A stretch of 63,911 bases of DNA, counting the filler, from Reclinomonas americana ATCC 50394 (Eukaryota): the NCBI GenBank assembly GCA_048213135.1. It is 21 parts of 21 records of this genome, joined end to end, with 100 filler letters (N's around TTAATTAATTAA, not from the genome) between each part and the next. Parts side by side here need not be neighbours in the genome. Positions count along the whole stretch, not along the records: positions 12,032 to 17,932 come from AFZH01017275.1; positions 18,033 to 19,631 come from AFZH01017277.1; positions 19,732 to 23,094 come from AFZH01017278.1; positions 23,195 to 26,856 come from AFZH01017279.1; positions 26,957 to 29,497 come from AFZH01017280.1; positions 29,598 to 30,804 come from AFZH01017281.1; 15 more parts are not named here. One strand, given 5' to 3'. The notes beneath the pieces are model-generated. The model saw nothing but the letters and a program-made list of their open reading frames with translations, was not told where the DNA came from and did no database searches. Below are positions 12,181 through 30,100 of this stretch, piece after piece; position 1 is the first letter of the stretch, and each line of letters opens with the position of its first letter. The position numbers and the translations under genes were made by a program.

Positions 12181-14299
12181 TTCCCCTTCCCCCTTCCACT
12201 CACCAATCTCCCATCGCTGCTCTCCATCATATCGCCCTCCGGATTGGCATCATCCTGCAACAATCGTCGCAGGAGTGCAACGCTGCCGCACGCGGCAGCC
12301 ATGTGCACCGGCAGAGAACCACCGGTGGTCGGCGTGGTGGCGGCCTTGGGGTTGGCACGCAGAAGGATATCGGCAACCTCGACGTGTCCGTGGGTGGCCG
12401 CCAGGTGCAGTGGCTATTGCGTAAAAGAGAGAGAAGGAGAATGGGTCAGCAATGCACCTCAATGTCATTGGTGGGCCGACACACACCAGGAATCCGCCCT
12501 TGACGGTGGCCCGGCTGCTTGATGTGGGCGATGCCGACAGCAGCACGTTGACAATGTCGGCGTGGCCGCGGCAAGCGGCGCAGTGCAGCGGTGTCATGCC
12601 ACGTTCGTCGGCAATCGTCACCAGCTGCGGTGCAGTCTCCAGCAAATACTCCACCACCGCACAGTGTCCTGCACTCGCCAAAGTCAGTCATCACACCACA
12701 TCAGGCCACCTCGCGCAGCGCACCATTTTCCGCCGCCGTCAGCATCACCGACTCCAACGTGTCGGTCAGCGAGTCCAGCGACTCGGGCGCCATCTCCGCA
12801 ATCATCATCAACATGTCCAGATTGCCATTGGCCGCGGCGTAATGTATGGGCTGTGTGCGCGCGAGCGCGGGTGTGGTTGGTGTCACACAGAGGGGAAGCA
12901 AGTGACGAGGATAAAACGAGGTCAGGCTCTCACCGCCGCAAATCCCTGCTCATTGGCAGCCAACGTGTGATCCTGTTCCAGGAAGAATCGCACCAATTCG
13001 AGGTTGTCGCGCTCGGCGGCCATATCCACGGCCTGCATCGGGCTCATGTGATGAGCGCGAAACCAGGCAACAAGTATTGCTCACAACGCACCAGCTTGCC
13101 GTCGTCGTCGCGCTGCTTGACGCCTGCGGGGAATTTCTCCGCCAGCAGACGCACCATGTCGTCGTTGTCCTGCAGCACCGCCAAGTGCAGGGCCAGTCGG
13201 TTCTGCTGATTGAGATACTCGGGCACGAGGTGATTGGTTTCGATCAGTGCCCGCGCAATCTCCACGGTGCCTCGTGTTGCCGCCAAATGGATCGGCTGTG
13301 CGTGTATTATCGTCAGAGCAGTAAAACGAACCATACGAACTTCTCCGATCTCAACTCACCAGCAAGGCGTCGTGCCCACCGACCATGGCCAGCTCGGGAC
13401 AAGCCGCAAGCAGCGTCTCCGCCGCCTCCACACCGTTCACAAAGATGGCGAGATGCATTGCCTGCCACAGTTTCCCCTCCCCGTGAGTCTCCTCACCTCC
13501 TCCACACCACAGGTTTTCACGCAACAGTCCAGCCATCCATCGTCCGTGCCATCAACGACTCGCGCTTCTTTCGCACATGCGCGCCCACTTTCAGCCGCAA
13601 GCGCGCCACGTCGTGCGTCAACACGGCGAAATGCACAACGCTCAGCGCTCCCGGAACACTGCACGAAAAAATCAGCATCAAAAACTCCACCAATCGTACA
13701 CCGACAACTCGTTCCTCAACTGCGTAATCACTTGCATGCTGTCCTCCTCTGCAGCCTCCTCTGCATGCACGCGACGCACAAGCCGCACCAGCAATCGCTG
13801 AGGCATCGTCGGCCTCGATCCAAACACGTCGGCAAGCGTGCGACTGCTCCTCTCGTCGTCCACTCGCGCATAGATCACTCGCGAACGCTCTGTTCCATCG
13901 GCCTTCTGCTCCGTGAACAGTGCGGCCAGCAGAGAGACCTCCACAGAGAAGCCGAGCGTGGAGAGACACTCGGCACGCTCGATGCGATCACACAGTTGAC
14001 GAATGGTGGAGTGTCGCGTAAGCGGTGATTCGCCGTCCACCACTGGCGTTATGTAAAGCAGCGGTGAGGGCAACGGCAGCTCGAAGATGCCACCGTAGAC
14101 CGCGAAACGGAGAGGCCCCTGAGTGTGGGGAAAGAGAGAGAGAGAGAGAGTGAGTGTCCGTCCTCTGTGATAAGTGTGTATGGATCGGAATAACGTCGAG
14201 TTGTGCGGCTTCATCGACTGTGAGGCCGTGTCGCACGAGGGCGATGAGAGGTGCAGAGAGGCCGAGGGCGAGAGCGCCCGCTGCCTGCACATATTCCAT
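10570..14299 (-). CDS. Ankyrin-repeat protein, multi-exon; 3' end has no stop before AsnRS
   Basis: Many ANK motifs (PIHLAATRG, LALHLAVLQD, PIHYAAANG, TPLHCAACRGH, TPIDMAQANGH) joined by GT-AG introns. Putative start MEYVQ at 14299. Confidence 0.8.
10855..11790 (+). repeat. Intronic ~200-bp tandem repeat (4-5 units) with invariant 36-bp core
   Basis: CATACTGGACTTATCTCAGCTTCCTCTCACTTGCAG occurs identically at 10998, 11198, 11395 and 11597. The intervening sequences are related to one another. Confidence 0.92.
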
Positions 14300-14433
14300 C
14301 GTCGAATCTTTTGTTGAAGGGACACGAGATGCAGGACGGTCGACGTGCAAGAGCCCTGAAGACAGAGAATTGCAAAGTCGAAGCATGCTTTCGTATTCTT
14401 CGCTGACAGCGTCGTACATTTTCAACAAGCGCA

Positions 14434-17400
14434 TCAATTCATCTTTTTGTTCTGCACCGTGTGTGTCACCACGAATGCGCAAATGGTGAACACGGATAGT
14501 GCCGTCTGCACACAGAGCGAGGGAGGTGGGTGAGCAAGGACAACATTTGGAGCAAGCCTCTCTCACATACCTTGGTCACAAAACCAAAATCCAGTCGCAG
14601 ACCTGCAGACGATGAGAGATGAGCACAAGCGAAACAATAAAACCTGCCTTGCGAGTGAACGCACCGTAGATCTTGAAGCCGGTGCTCTCGCCCACCGACA
14701 TGTAATACAACAGGAGCGAGTCGAGATCGCGAACCAGCGTCTCGTTATTGGTGACCAGCGTGCGCAAGCGGGCCACCGCTTTCCGACTCTACACACAGCG
14801 GTGAGAAGAAGAAGAGATGCATGCAGATCGAGACGCCGAGAAAGGGAAGGAGAGACAGGCACGCCACGGACTCCACTCCGCAGAGTCGGATTCACACAAT
14901 CGCACCCGATTCAAGAGAAACAGGGGCAGTCAAACTCGCTCACCTTGCCGGACCGTGATGTGACGACGGCGGCCGCCAACAAAAAGATGAGCCCGACAAT
15001 CGTCGTGTGAATGAAGCGGATGATCCAGACGAATGAGCTGCCGTTCTGCACTTGCGAATACACCTCCACCACGATCAAGCCGATGCACACCAAAATCACC
15101 GTGCCGAGGTACCACTGCAAGTTATTTGTGAGTCATTCCCTGCTCTATTTACGCTTTGCGTGGTGCGCGCAACTTCCACTTTCTTGTTGGTATCCGACAG
15201 TGCATCCGCCATGGACATGTGGTCACGCATGGTTCGCTGCGCAGGTCGTCGTTAGTGAAAGGAACACACGTCTTTCCCGTTCTCTCTGTATCGACTTACA
15301 TGAGTATTTGTGACGCCTCGCTCCTGGATGCGATGTACAAGCCTGGTCCACTCGAGCACCTGACACGAGGCACATGTGAGGCTTTGAGAAGGAGAGAGAG
15401 AAGGAGGTCAGAATATTTCACACCTTCAGCATGCAGATGGCGATGAAGATGCAGATTGCGCCCGATGCCAGCATGTGGAACACAACGTCGCTGACAATGA
15501 GCAATGTGATCCATACCTGAAGGGCGGAGGAGGGAAACGTCAGGCGAGGGAGGTGAAAAAAGGACGACCAGTATCATGACGAAACTTCGTATCGTTGAAG
15601 GTCGTGCTGGATGTAGTGCACGCTCTACACACAAGATACCCAGGTAAGTAGAGAAAAAGCAAGCGTATACCACAACCCTGCTCGACAACGCAACGACGGG
15701 TGTGTCCACTCCGATTCCGATGGCCACGAAAAAGAACCACACCAGCACCACTTGATTCAAAGCTTTCCTTGTGGCCGCCAGATCCTGCGCGACAGAAGTG
15801 AGCGGCAAGTGCGACACACAATCATGTTCTCTCCCCCGTCAGCGACGCACCGAGTAAACACACTCTTGCATGAGTCGGATGAAATCGTGTGAATACGTGT
15901 AGGCCAGCGCAAATGCCACCGAGGCGACAAAAAAGATGCTCATCAGAATGTTGTAGAGCTGCGCACCCAGTGTCAGGCGACACCGGTGGGAGAAGAGAGA
16001 GCGCACACGCACTGACACGCACCTGCTCATGCTCGGCCTGATCAAAGAGCACCAGTGCAATCACTTGGCAGCCAATGGCCACCGACGACATTAAAACGAT
16101 GAGCAGAATGTGCCATGTCCAGGCCCAGGAACTCGGGTGCCTGCATATGGGGGAAGGGATGGGGGAGAGAAGGAAAGAGAGGGAGAGAGAGAGAGGAGGT
16201 GAGAAAGAGGGAGGGAGAGGGAGGGAGAGGGAGGAGGGAGGAGGGAGGAGGGAGGAGGGAGGGAGAGAGAGGAGGGAGGAGAGAGGTAAACGGGCAGAGA
16301 CGGACATATAAGCAAAGAGAGCCACAAGGACGGAGGGAGGGCGGGAGAGAGAGAAGAGAGAGAAATGTGGGAGAGAAAGGGAAGGGAGATACGGAGTCAA
16401 GTGCAGTGAGTCACAGACAAGCAAATCCCCAGGGAGGCAGACAGCGGGAGCGAATGCCGGGAACGAAACAGACAAGCAGACAGACAACCAAGGGGCAGAA
16501 AGAGCTCACTGTGGGGGAGGGAGAAACCAGGATAGAAAGCGGCAAACGAGGGAGAGACGAAGTGGCCGCGAGAGGGTTGAAAGGGAAGCAAGATAAAGAA
16601 TCACAATTTATCGTCCCATTGCCTCTTTGACGCACCACAACGACAAACTCCGCAGCAAGTAGTAGAACGGCTTGGACACCGCAAACAGCTCGCGGCAGTC
16701 AAAAATGAGCTTATTGCGCGTGGGCACCACGGCGTACTGTGGCAACTTGGCGGCCGCCGACTCGTCCAGCGAGTACAACGACATGGAACGCTCACGAAGG
16801 CTGGTGCGGCCGTGGCCATTGGGTCGACCACCGGGTGTATGGTGATGCTGGGCGCCGCCGCCACCGCCACCACCACCACCTCCAGCAGCGGCAGCGGCGG
16901 CTGCGTCGCCATCGTCGCCGTCATTGTTGACGCTGCCGTTTGTGGCATTCGGTGTGGACGAGGCATGATGCAGGAATGCCGTGGCCGGCAACATGGTCTT
17001 GACCTGCGCGGGGCGAGAGTGAGAAATAAGAGAAAGGGGGGAGGAGGAGGAAGGAGCTGAGATTGACCTTTCTTGCTGAATGCGTCCGTGCACTTGTCCT
17101 GCGCTCCAGCGACGAGGGTGGTTGGTGATCGGCTGGCTGCATGATCGATGACCGCCTCGCATCGTGCGTGCCTCGGTGACCGCTCTCCTCGTCGTCCTCG
17201 CCACTGCTGTATTCGGCGTCGTATTCCTCGGCGTCGTCGGCGCCGTGCGCACGTGCTGTGGATCGAGGGGGAAGGGCACAGAATCAGCATGCAGCATGCA
17301 CTTCCTCCCTCGAAAACATGGACGCAACGAAAACGATCGCCGTATCGCAAAGCGCCGTTGCCATTGCCGGAGCTGTTCTCCCGATGTGACAACAGGTGCT

Positions 17401-17443
17401 CGGTGTCTGGTGATACGGGGCCCGCCGGCGAGTCCCTGGCCAT
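14434..17443 (-). CDS. Gustatory receptor-like (GRL / DUF3537-type) seven-TM protein, multi-exon
   Basis: The spliced product has a long N-terminus and multiple TM helices. It includes DHMSMADALSDTNKKVEWYL, GLIFLLAAAVVT and the C-terminal LLYYMSVGESTGFKIYGLRLDFGFVTKTALSVFTICAFVVTHTVQ, which matches the TM7a/TM7b pattern. Confidence 0.7.
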
Positions 17444-17509
17444 TCTGGAAAATGGAGGGGGTGTGAGAGGGCAGGGAGAAGAGAAACAGAAAGAGAGAAG
17501 AGAGAGACA

Positions 17510-17870
17510 GCAACAGGGAACACCTTGGCAGTAAAGGGGAAGAATAGACAGCTTCAACAAACTGAGTGAACGATGTACACTCCCGATGCCATCGAAACAG
17601 TACACATGCAACAGCGAGAGTGGGACAGCGGCAAGGAAGTCATGGGAGACGCCGTGATAGTGAAGAGGAAGAAGAGACAGCATCAAAGTCATGCACACAA
17701 TGCACACTTCCGATGCCACCGAAACAGCACACACACATGCAAGAGAGAGAGAGAGAGAACAACAGGGAAGTCAAGAGAGACGCCTTGGCAGTAAAGGAGA
17801 AGAAGAGACAGTCATCGGTGAATCTGCGCACAATGCACACTACCGATGCCACCGAAACGGCACACACAAA

Positions 17871-17880
<10 letters not shown>
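17510..17880 (+). repeat. Degenerate ~130-bp tandem repeat (3 units)
   Basis: Recurrent ccttggcagtaaagg / gagacag / tgcacact-ccgatgccaccgaaac-gcacacac blocks. Confidence 0.75.
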
Positions 17881-17914
<34 letters not shown>

Positions 17915-18051
17915 CCTTCGAGGACGACAACGNNNNNNNNNNNNNNNNNNNNNNNNNNNNNNNNNNNNNNNNNNNNTTAATTAATTAANNNNNNNNNNNN
18001 NNNNNNNNNNNNNNNNNNNNNNNNNNNNNNNNACGGACGTACGTACGTCTA

Positions 18052-18133
<82 letters not shown>

Positions 18134-18189
18134 ATGTACACACACACACACACGGCCCTCAACTCTTTCCCTCACTGATCACTCACCAG

Positions 18190-19286
18190 GTTACTCCCTC
18201 GCGCTGATAACATTACCGCCACCTCGGAGAGCACGTGTCCCCTCGGCAACGAACCACAACCAGTTGCTCTCACTCTCCTCTCTCCTCCCTCTCTCCTCAC
18301 CCACTCACTCACCGATGATCAGTGCGAGTCATGTCAGTACTGCACTCTGCGCAACGCCACCTCCTGCTGCGATGAGTTTGTCGACAGTGCGATGCACGCT
18401 GCGTATTGGCGCACGCGACAGTGGTGGGAGGATGCGGGGCTCGTGGACTCGCCCACGCATGTGTGCTCGCAGTTCATTCGTCGCTACTGGTGCAGCTGGT
18501 GTGAGCCGCGAGGTGTGATATGAAAGCGGACGCGAGCTGTCATCATTTGGCCTGTCGTTGACACTTGATCTTTGGCAGCGCACATGTTGTTGCATGTCCC
18601 GCCGACGGTCAACGACACAATGATCGTCATGGACGAGATGGGAGACGACAGCAACGAGACCATGACGGGCAGTGACAGCAACAACAGCACCAGCAGCGCG
18701 CAGTTGGTTGTGTGTTCGTCGTTCTGCGCGGCATCGTATTGCGCGTGCGGTGGCCTGCTGTTGCGTCGTCGCTCGCACAATGTATACAGGTGCTTGTCTC
18801 ACACCGCGTGAGCAGCGTGCAAGCCGGCGTGCAGCTCTCCGATTTCTATTCCCAGGCGCAGTGGTGCCAGTTGTTTGTCAATCCATACTTTCACGTCAAC
18901 GACTCACTGCCGTGCTTCGAGATGGAGTGCGAGGGCTCACTGCTCGGCGCCAGTCGCTCCACCAACTCGTCGCACGTGCCGCTGCCGGTATCCATGTGGG
19001 ACGAGCAGGAGACGCAGTCGGCCAACGCCTCCTTTCTCAACAGCCTCAACACGGAGGCCGCCGCCAAGTTCGCCGCCAGCACCGACACCACCACAGCCTC
19101 CACCACGCCAAGAGTGCGCAATGCGGCCGCCCGTGGTGGCGAGAGTGGCTCGAGAAGAGGTGAGTGACTTGAAGCGATCGGAAAAACTCACTCGTGTACT
19201 CTCTGCCTCTCATTTTTTAATGCCCGCCCACGCACCTCCCCAGGCCTATTATTAGTGATCGCCCTCGTGCTTGTAATCGTGTTGTA
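18190..19286 (+). CDS. Unknown extracellular protein, 3' part, hydrophobic C-terminus (TM or GPI signal)
   Basis: Cys-containing exon (FYSQAQWCQLFVNPYFHVNDSLPCFEMECEG) with N-glycosylation sequons. An AG|GTGAG intron leads to GLLLVIALVLVIVL-stop. Upstream exon structure is uncertain. Confidence 0.5.
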
Positions 19287-19378
19287 ATATAAAGAGAGAA
19301 AGAAAGACTTTGTCTTTTTTCGCGCGCAAAATTGGACCGTTGGATTGACGTTTCGTGCGAGAGAACGTGAGCGAGAGA

Positions 19379-25178
<5,800 letters not shown>

Positions 25179-25320
25179 TCCCTACGCCATCACAATGTCA
25201 ACAATGAATTCAATCAATGCGTTACTACCATGCCCTGTCGCTAAAATCATCGTCATTATATTGGTATTCGTCGGTGGGTGCAGAGGAGGAGCATGCAGCA
25301 AAAGTGGTTTGTCGCCAAAA

Positions 25321-26820
25321 CTACTGGTCACCGCCACCACTACCACTGCCACCAGCACCGTCACCGGCTCCCAGTCGTCTGACCTCCTCTTCGTGCGCTG
25401 CTCGCCGATGCATGGCGCGTGCGTCGCCCTCCTGCAGCTGCCGCCGAGCCACCGCCGCACGCTCCTGTGCCGCACGGTGCGCCAGTCGTGCCTCCTCCTC
25501 CAGGTCACGCTCCTCCATATTGATGGTGGAGCCGTTCTTCACGCCGTAAAAGGAGAGGTCGCGCATGTCGTCGTCGAGCTCCTCCGGGAACGGCACACTG
25601 GCGTCCTCCAAATGCCACAGTCGCTGCAGCGCCGGCTCCAGCTTGAACAGCGCCTGCGTCAGTGCCTTCAGCTTTTGCACGGTCATGGTCAGCGGCAGCC
25701 GCTTCTTTTGCTCCGGCTTGGTGGCGCTCGCGGCACTCATCGTGCGCAGTGTGACCTCTGTTCAACACAAGAGTGCATTAAAAAAAAAAGGAAGGGAGAC
25801 AGCGAGAGGGAGAGGGAGAAGGGACGCACCAACAAGCTCTGTGCTGCCACTCGCCGCCTGCTGGCTCTCCGCCAACGCCTGCGCCAGCACGTCGGGGTGC
25901 TTTTCCGCGAGCTCGACAAAACGCGGATGTGCGACGTGGAACTCGGCCTCTGACAATCGCTGTGATGCGACAGAGACAGGTGAGTTGCTGCGAATGGAGC
26001 ACGGGAGAGAGTGGAGACGCTGCGCTACTCGCCTGCTGGTCCGGCAAGCAGTAGCGCTTCAAGTAGAACTTTTCCGCATCCACCCGCTCCTTGTCGCGCA
26101 CCGTGCTGCCATTCAGCATGTGCAGGTGGCCGAGGCGGGAGATCACCAGCTGTCGCGATGCACTACTGCTGAAATCGCACAGCACAGGGTTGCGCTGGAA
26201 GCGGAGCTCCTCCAGCAGCGGCATGTGATGCAGCGCGTCCACGCTCGACCATTCGCGAATCGCATTGTCGGACAAGTGCAGAGCCTGCAGCGCGGGGAAC
26301 GGTTCCGCGACGCCCTCGAAGGAGATGTGGCTCAGGTCGTTGCTGTTGAGGATCAGGCGCTCCAGGCTGAGTTAGAGAGAAAAGAGTCAGCAAACGGAAT
26401 GATGCCGAGAGAGAGATGGAATGACGAAGAGAACTGACCGTGGAAGGCGAGAGAACTTGAGGACGTCGCGCCAGTCGGAGAGGAAGTTTTCTTCCAGGTT
26501 GATGACGCGCAGGTTGGGGAAGTCGCCCACGTGGCCGTCTGAGGGGGAAGAGGGGAGAAAGGGGTGAGGGAGGGAAGGGGAGGGAGGGAGAGGAGACAGG
26601 CAGCGAGGGATGGGGATCCCAATCAATCAACCTTCGCAGAGCACAACTCACCACCCGGAATGCTGCTGATTTCGTTGAAGCACAGATGCACCTCCTCCAA
26701 GTTGGGCATCCCCTCGCGCAACATCTCAATCTGCGCCCAGTCGACCAGCGTGGAATTCAACACAAGCACGCGTAATGAGGCGGCGCCGAGATCCAGCGGC
26801 GACTCCAGACGAGCAAAACT
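25321..26820 (-). CDS. TBCE: Tubulin-specific chaperone E (LRR + C-terminal ubiquitin-like), 5' part in gap
   Basis: LRRs (LRVLVLNST, LEEVHLCFN, LEELRFQRNPV), ERVDAEKFYLK, and UBL KRLPLTMTVQKLK...ELDDDMRDLSFYGVKNG. Confidence 0.9.
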
Positions 26821-27100
26821 GCGCCATGCACGGAAGCGAGTCAGGGAAGTAAGCATNNNNNNNNNNNNNNNNNNNNNNNNNNNNNNNNNNNNNNNNNNNN
26901 TTAATTAATTAANNNNNNNNNNNNNNNNNNNNNNNNNNNNNNNNNNNNNNNNNNNNTCACTCACTCACTCACTCACTCACTCACTCACTCACTCACTCAC
27001 TCACACACACACTCACACACTCACTCACTCACTCACTCACTCACTCACTCACACACACACACTCTCTCTCTCTCTCTTCCTCTTTGTTGTGTGACACCAG

Positions 27101-30100
27101 TGCCAACGCCTACGGAGCAAGCGCTGCTGGTGGCGGCATTGGTCTGTGGGGCCCAGCAATGATGGTGTGCCGCGCACTGGGCATCGAGTCGACCCTCCGC
27201 AGCACCGGAAAAATGATGGACTGCGCAGGTTGCTTACCCCCCACGAGACGAGTACCCCTGCTCCCGCAGGCTCACCTTTATCGCCTGCTTTGCCTGCTTG
27301 TTGTTGTGACAGGCTATCGAGAGCACCAGGGAGGTGCGTGGCTTGCGCGGCCGTCGCCTCTTGAGCAGTCGCGGTTGACGCGATGCTTGTGTCTGCCGCG
27401 GTACGAGTTGACCAGTGCACTGTTGACGGAGGCGAGTGCGTTGCGCGCTCTGGACAGTGCCAGTGCGGTGACGGTGGCGACGGGTCGGCGTGTGGTTGGC
27501 TATGAGGAGTTTGCGGGTGGGGTGCGCGTGAGGATGGAGGATGGTGCGGTTTCGAAGAGAGAGTGTGTGTGTGTGTTCGATGACGGTGGCAACTGACGAG
27601 TGATGGTTTCGCAGGCGAGCAGATTGATGCTTCCTACCTGGTGTGTGTGGGCAGTCAAACAGGGGAAGGAGAAGGGACAGGGAATGAGTGTTGTGAGTTA
27701 GACGAGAAGGGATTCCGATTGCGAAAAAATGCAACGTTGAGTGAGACTACATGGGATTCGAAGTTTGAGGTGGACACGAGCTCTGTAGGGAGATTGTAAG
27801 AGTGTGCGTATGTGAGAGAGATGATGAGAACGAGAACCAGACGTGTAGGGAATTCCGATTGCAAACGCGACGTGGATAGAGATGCGGAGAAGAGACAGTT
27901 GAAATTAAAAAAGTGTGGGGCGGGCGCGAGTCGAAAAGAGATTGTGTGGGTGTACATGCGTGAGAAAAGGAGATTGAGAATGCGACAGTAAGGGAGTGGA
28001 AGAAGGGGAACGAGCGAGACGAGAGAGTTGAACACGAGTCACTGCGCAAGCTGCATGACAGAGGCTGGGAGATGGAGAGTTTCACATTACAAGTTGTTTG
28101 ACTGTCGTGTGCAGATCGCCGCTGATGGCATTCGATCGACTGTGCGTTCTCACATGTATCCCGACGTGCAACCGCAGTATTCAGGCTACAGTTGCGTGCA
28201 CACGCTTCCTCGGTCGCGCTCACTGTGCTCATTTCTCATCCACTCAAAAATAGCCTACTTCCGCTGCGTCACCGATCGTTTCCCGGAAATCTCCGCGCAT
28301 CATCCCGCCTTTGAGACATGGGCCCCACATCGCCGATTCGGTATGGTGCCGCTTGCCGATCCGTGGTTGTTTTGGTTTGCTGTCGAGGAGCGTCCGCCCT
28401 TGGGGCCTGGAGAAGCTGTTGGTGCGCCCATTATCTTCCTCTCTTACCTCCGTCCGAACACTTCCTGAGTTGGCGTGCAGATATGCAAGCCGAGAAGAAC
28501 ACGTTGCTGCAGAATTTCGGGCGGACCTTCCACACACCCGTGGAGCGCCTGATTGCCGAAACGCCCGTGTCGCAGTGGTATCAGACCGACATTTACGAGA
28601 TGCCATTGCTGAGTTCGTGGAGTTCGTCCAGTGGCCGCGTGATTCTCACGGGTGATGCGGCGCACGCCCCCGCACCGAACCTTGCGCAGGTGAGGCGTGA
28701 AAAGGGGGAGAGAGGGAGAATGGGGAGAGGGAGACGTACTCGGCACAGTGAGGCATAGAGCGAGATTCGACATTGCATGTTGCACAGCGAACAGATTGCT
28801 GGTGATTCATCGGATAGAGATGGAGCACTGCTTTGAGGATGGCATTGTTCCCGTCGTGTGGTGCTGTGAGGACGAAGAATGGGGGAAAGCGCGCACCCAT
28901 ACTTCTCTCTGTTTCCTCTGCATCGACACAATGCCGCTTTCATCCCTCTGTCCATTCTTCTCTTTGTCGCCCTCTGTCTCACCCTCTCTCGCCTTACCTC
29001 TTGCCATCTCATTCTCTTTTACCACCTCTGTTCCTCTTCGTTCCTCTCCACATTCCACCCTCTCTCTCACCTTCTGTTTCACCCTGTCTTTCTTGCACTC
29101 CCCTCCTATCTCTTCCTGTCTCCCCACACTTTGACTCCCTGCCTTTGACCATCCTACCACCTCTGCTCACATCTGTTTTCTTCTCTGCATTCTAGCCTTA
29201 CACTCTCTCACCTATTTTCTCACCTTTTGTCTGACCCGCTCACTCTCTCCGTCTCTGTCTCGCTTCTCTGTTCTCCTTCTTGATACTGTTTTCTTGTTTG
29301 TTTTTCCTGTCCGCTCTCGCATTACCCACTCACATCACGTTCTCCTTCTCCTTCCCCATTTCTTTTTCCCTCACCCTTTCCCTCAGTCTTCCCCTCTCCC
29401 TTCCCCTTCCCCTTCCCCTTCCCCCTCCCCCTCCCTCTCCCCTTCCGTCTTCCCCTTCCGTCTTCCCCTTCCCCTTCCCTTCCCTTCCCCTTCCCCTNNN
29501 NNNNNNNNNNNNNNNNNNNNNNNNNNNNNNNNNNNNNNNNNTTAATTAATTAANNNNNNNNNNNNNNNNNNNNNNNNNNNNNNNNNNNNNNNNNNNNTCC
29601 TCCTCCTCCTCCTCCTCCTCCTCCTCCTCCTCCTCCTCCTCCTCCTCCTCCTCCTCCTCCTCCTCCTCCTCCTCCTCCTCCTCCTCCTCCTCCTTCTCCT
29701 CCCCTTTCCCTCATTCCCCCCACCCCGCAGGGCGCCGGCCTGGCCCTCGAGGACTCCATGTTCTTGGCCTCGCTGCTCGCCGAACACTTCCGTTCGCCCG
29801 ACAGCGTCGGTCCGCAGCAGGTGGCGAAAGAGTTTGAAGACGGGCGGCGCAAGCGAGCTCATTTCGTGCAGGTGCGTTGCGAGTGCCACAGCGCATTGCA
29901 CTCGTGTCTTTGACTGACGCACTCTTTGGGGAGAGCAGCTTGGTGCGCGTGCTGTGGCCTTTGTTGGACAGCAGCGCAAGCCACTGTCGACCATCCGCGA
30001 TCGCCTTCTCACCATTGTACCTGACGCACTGAAGACGCCAGTATTTGATCGTCTGCATCGGTGTGAACAAAAGAGAGACTGCACTTCCCGTTTCAATCTC

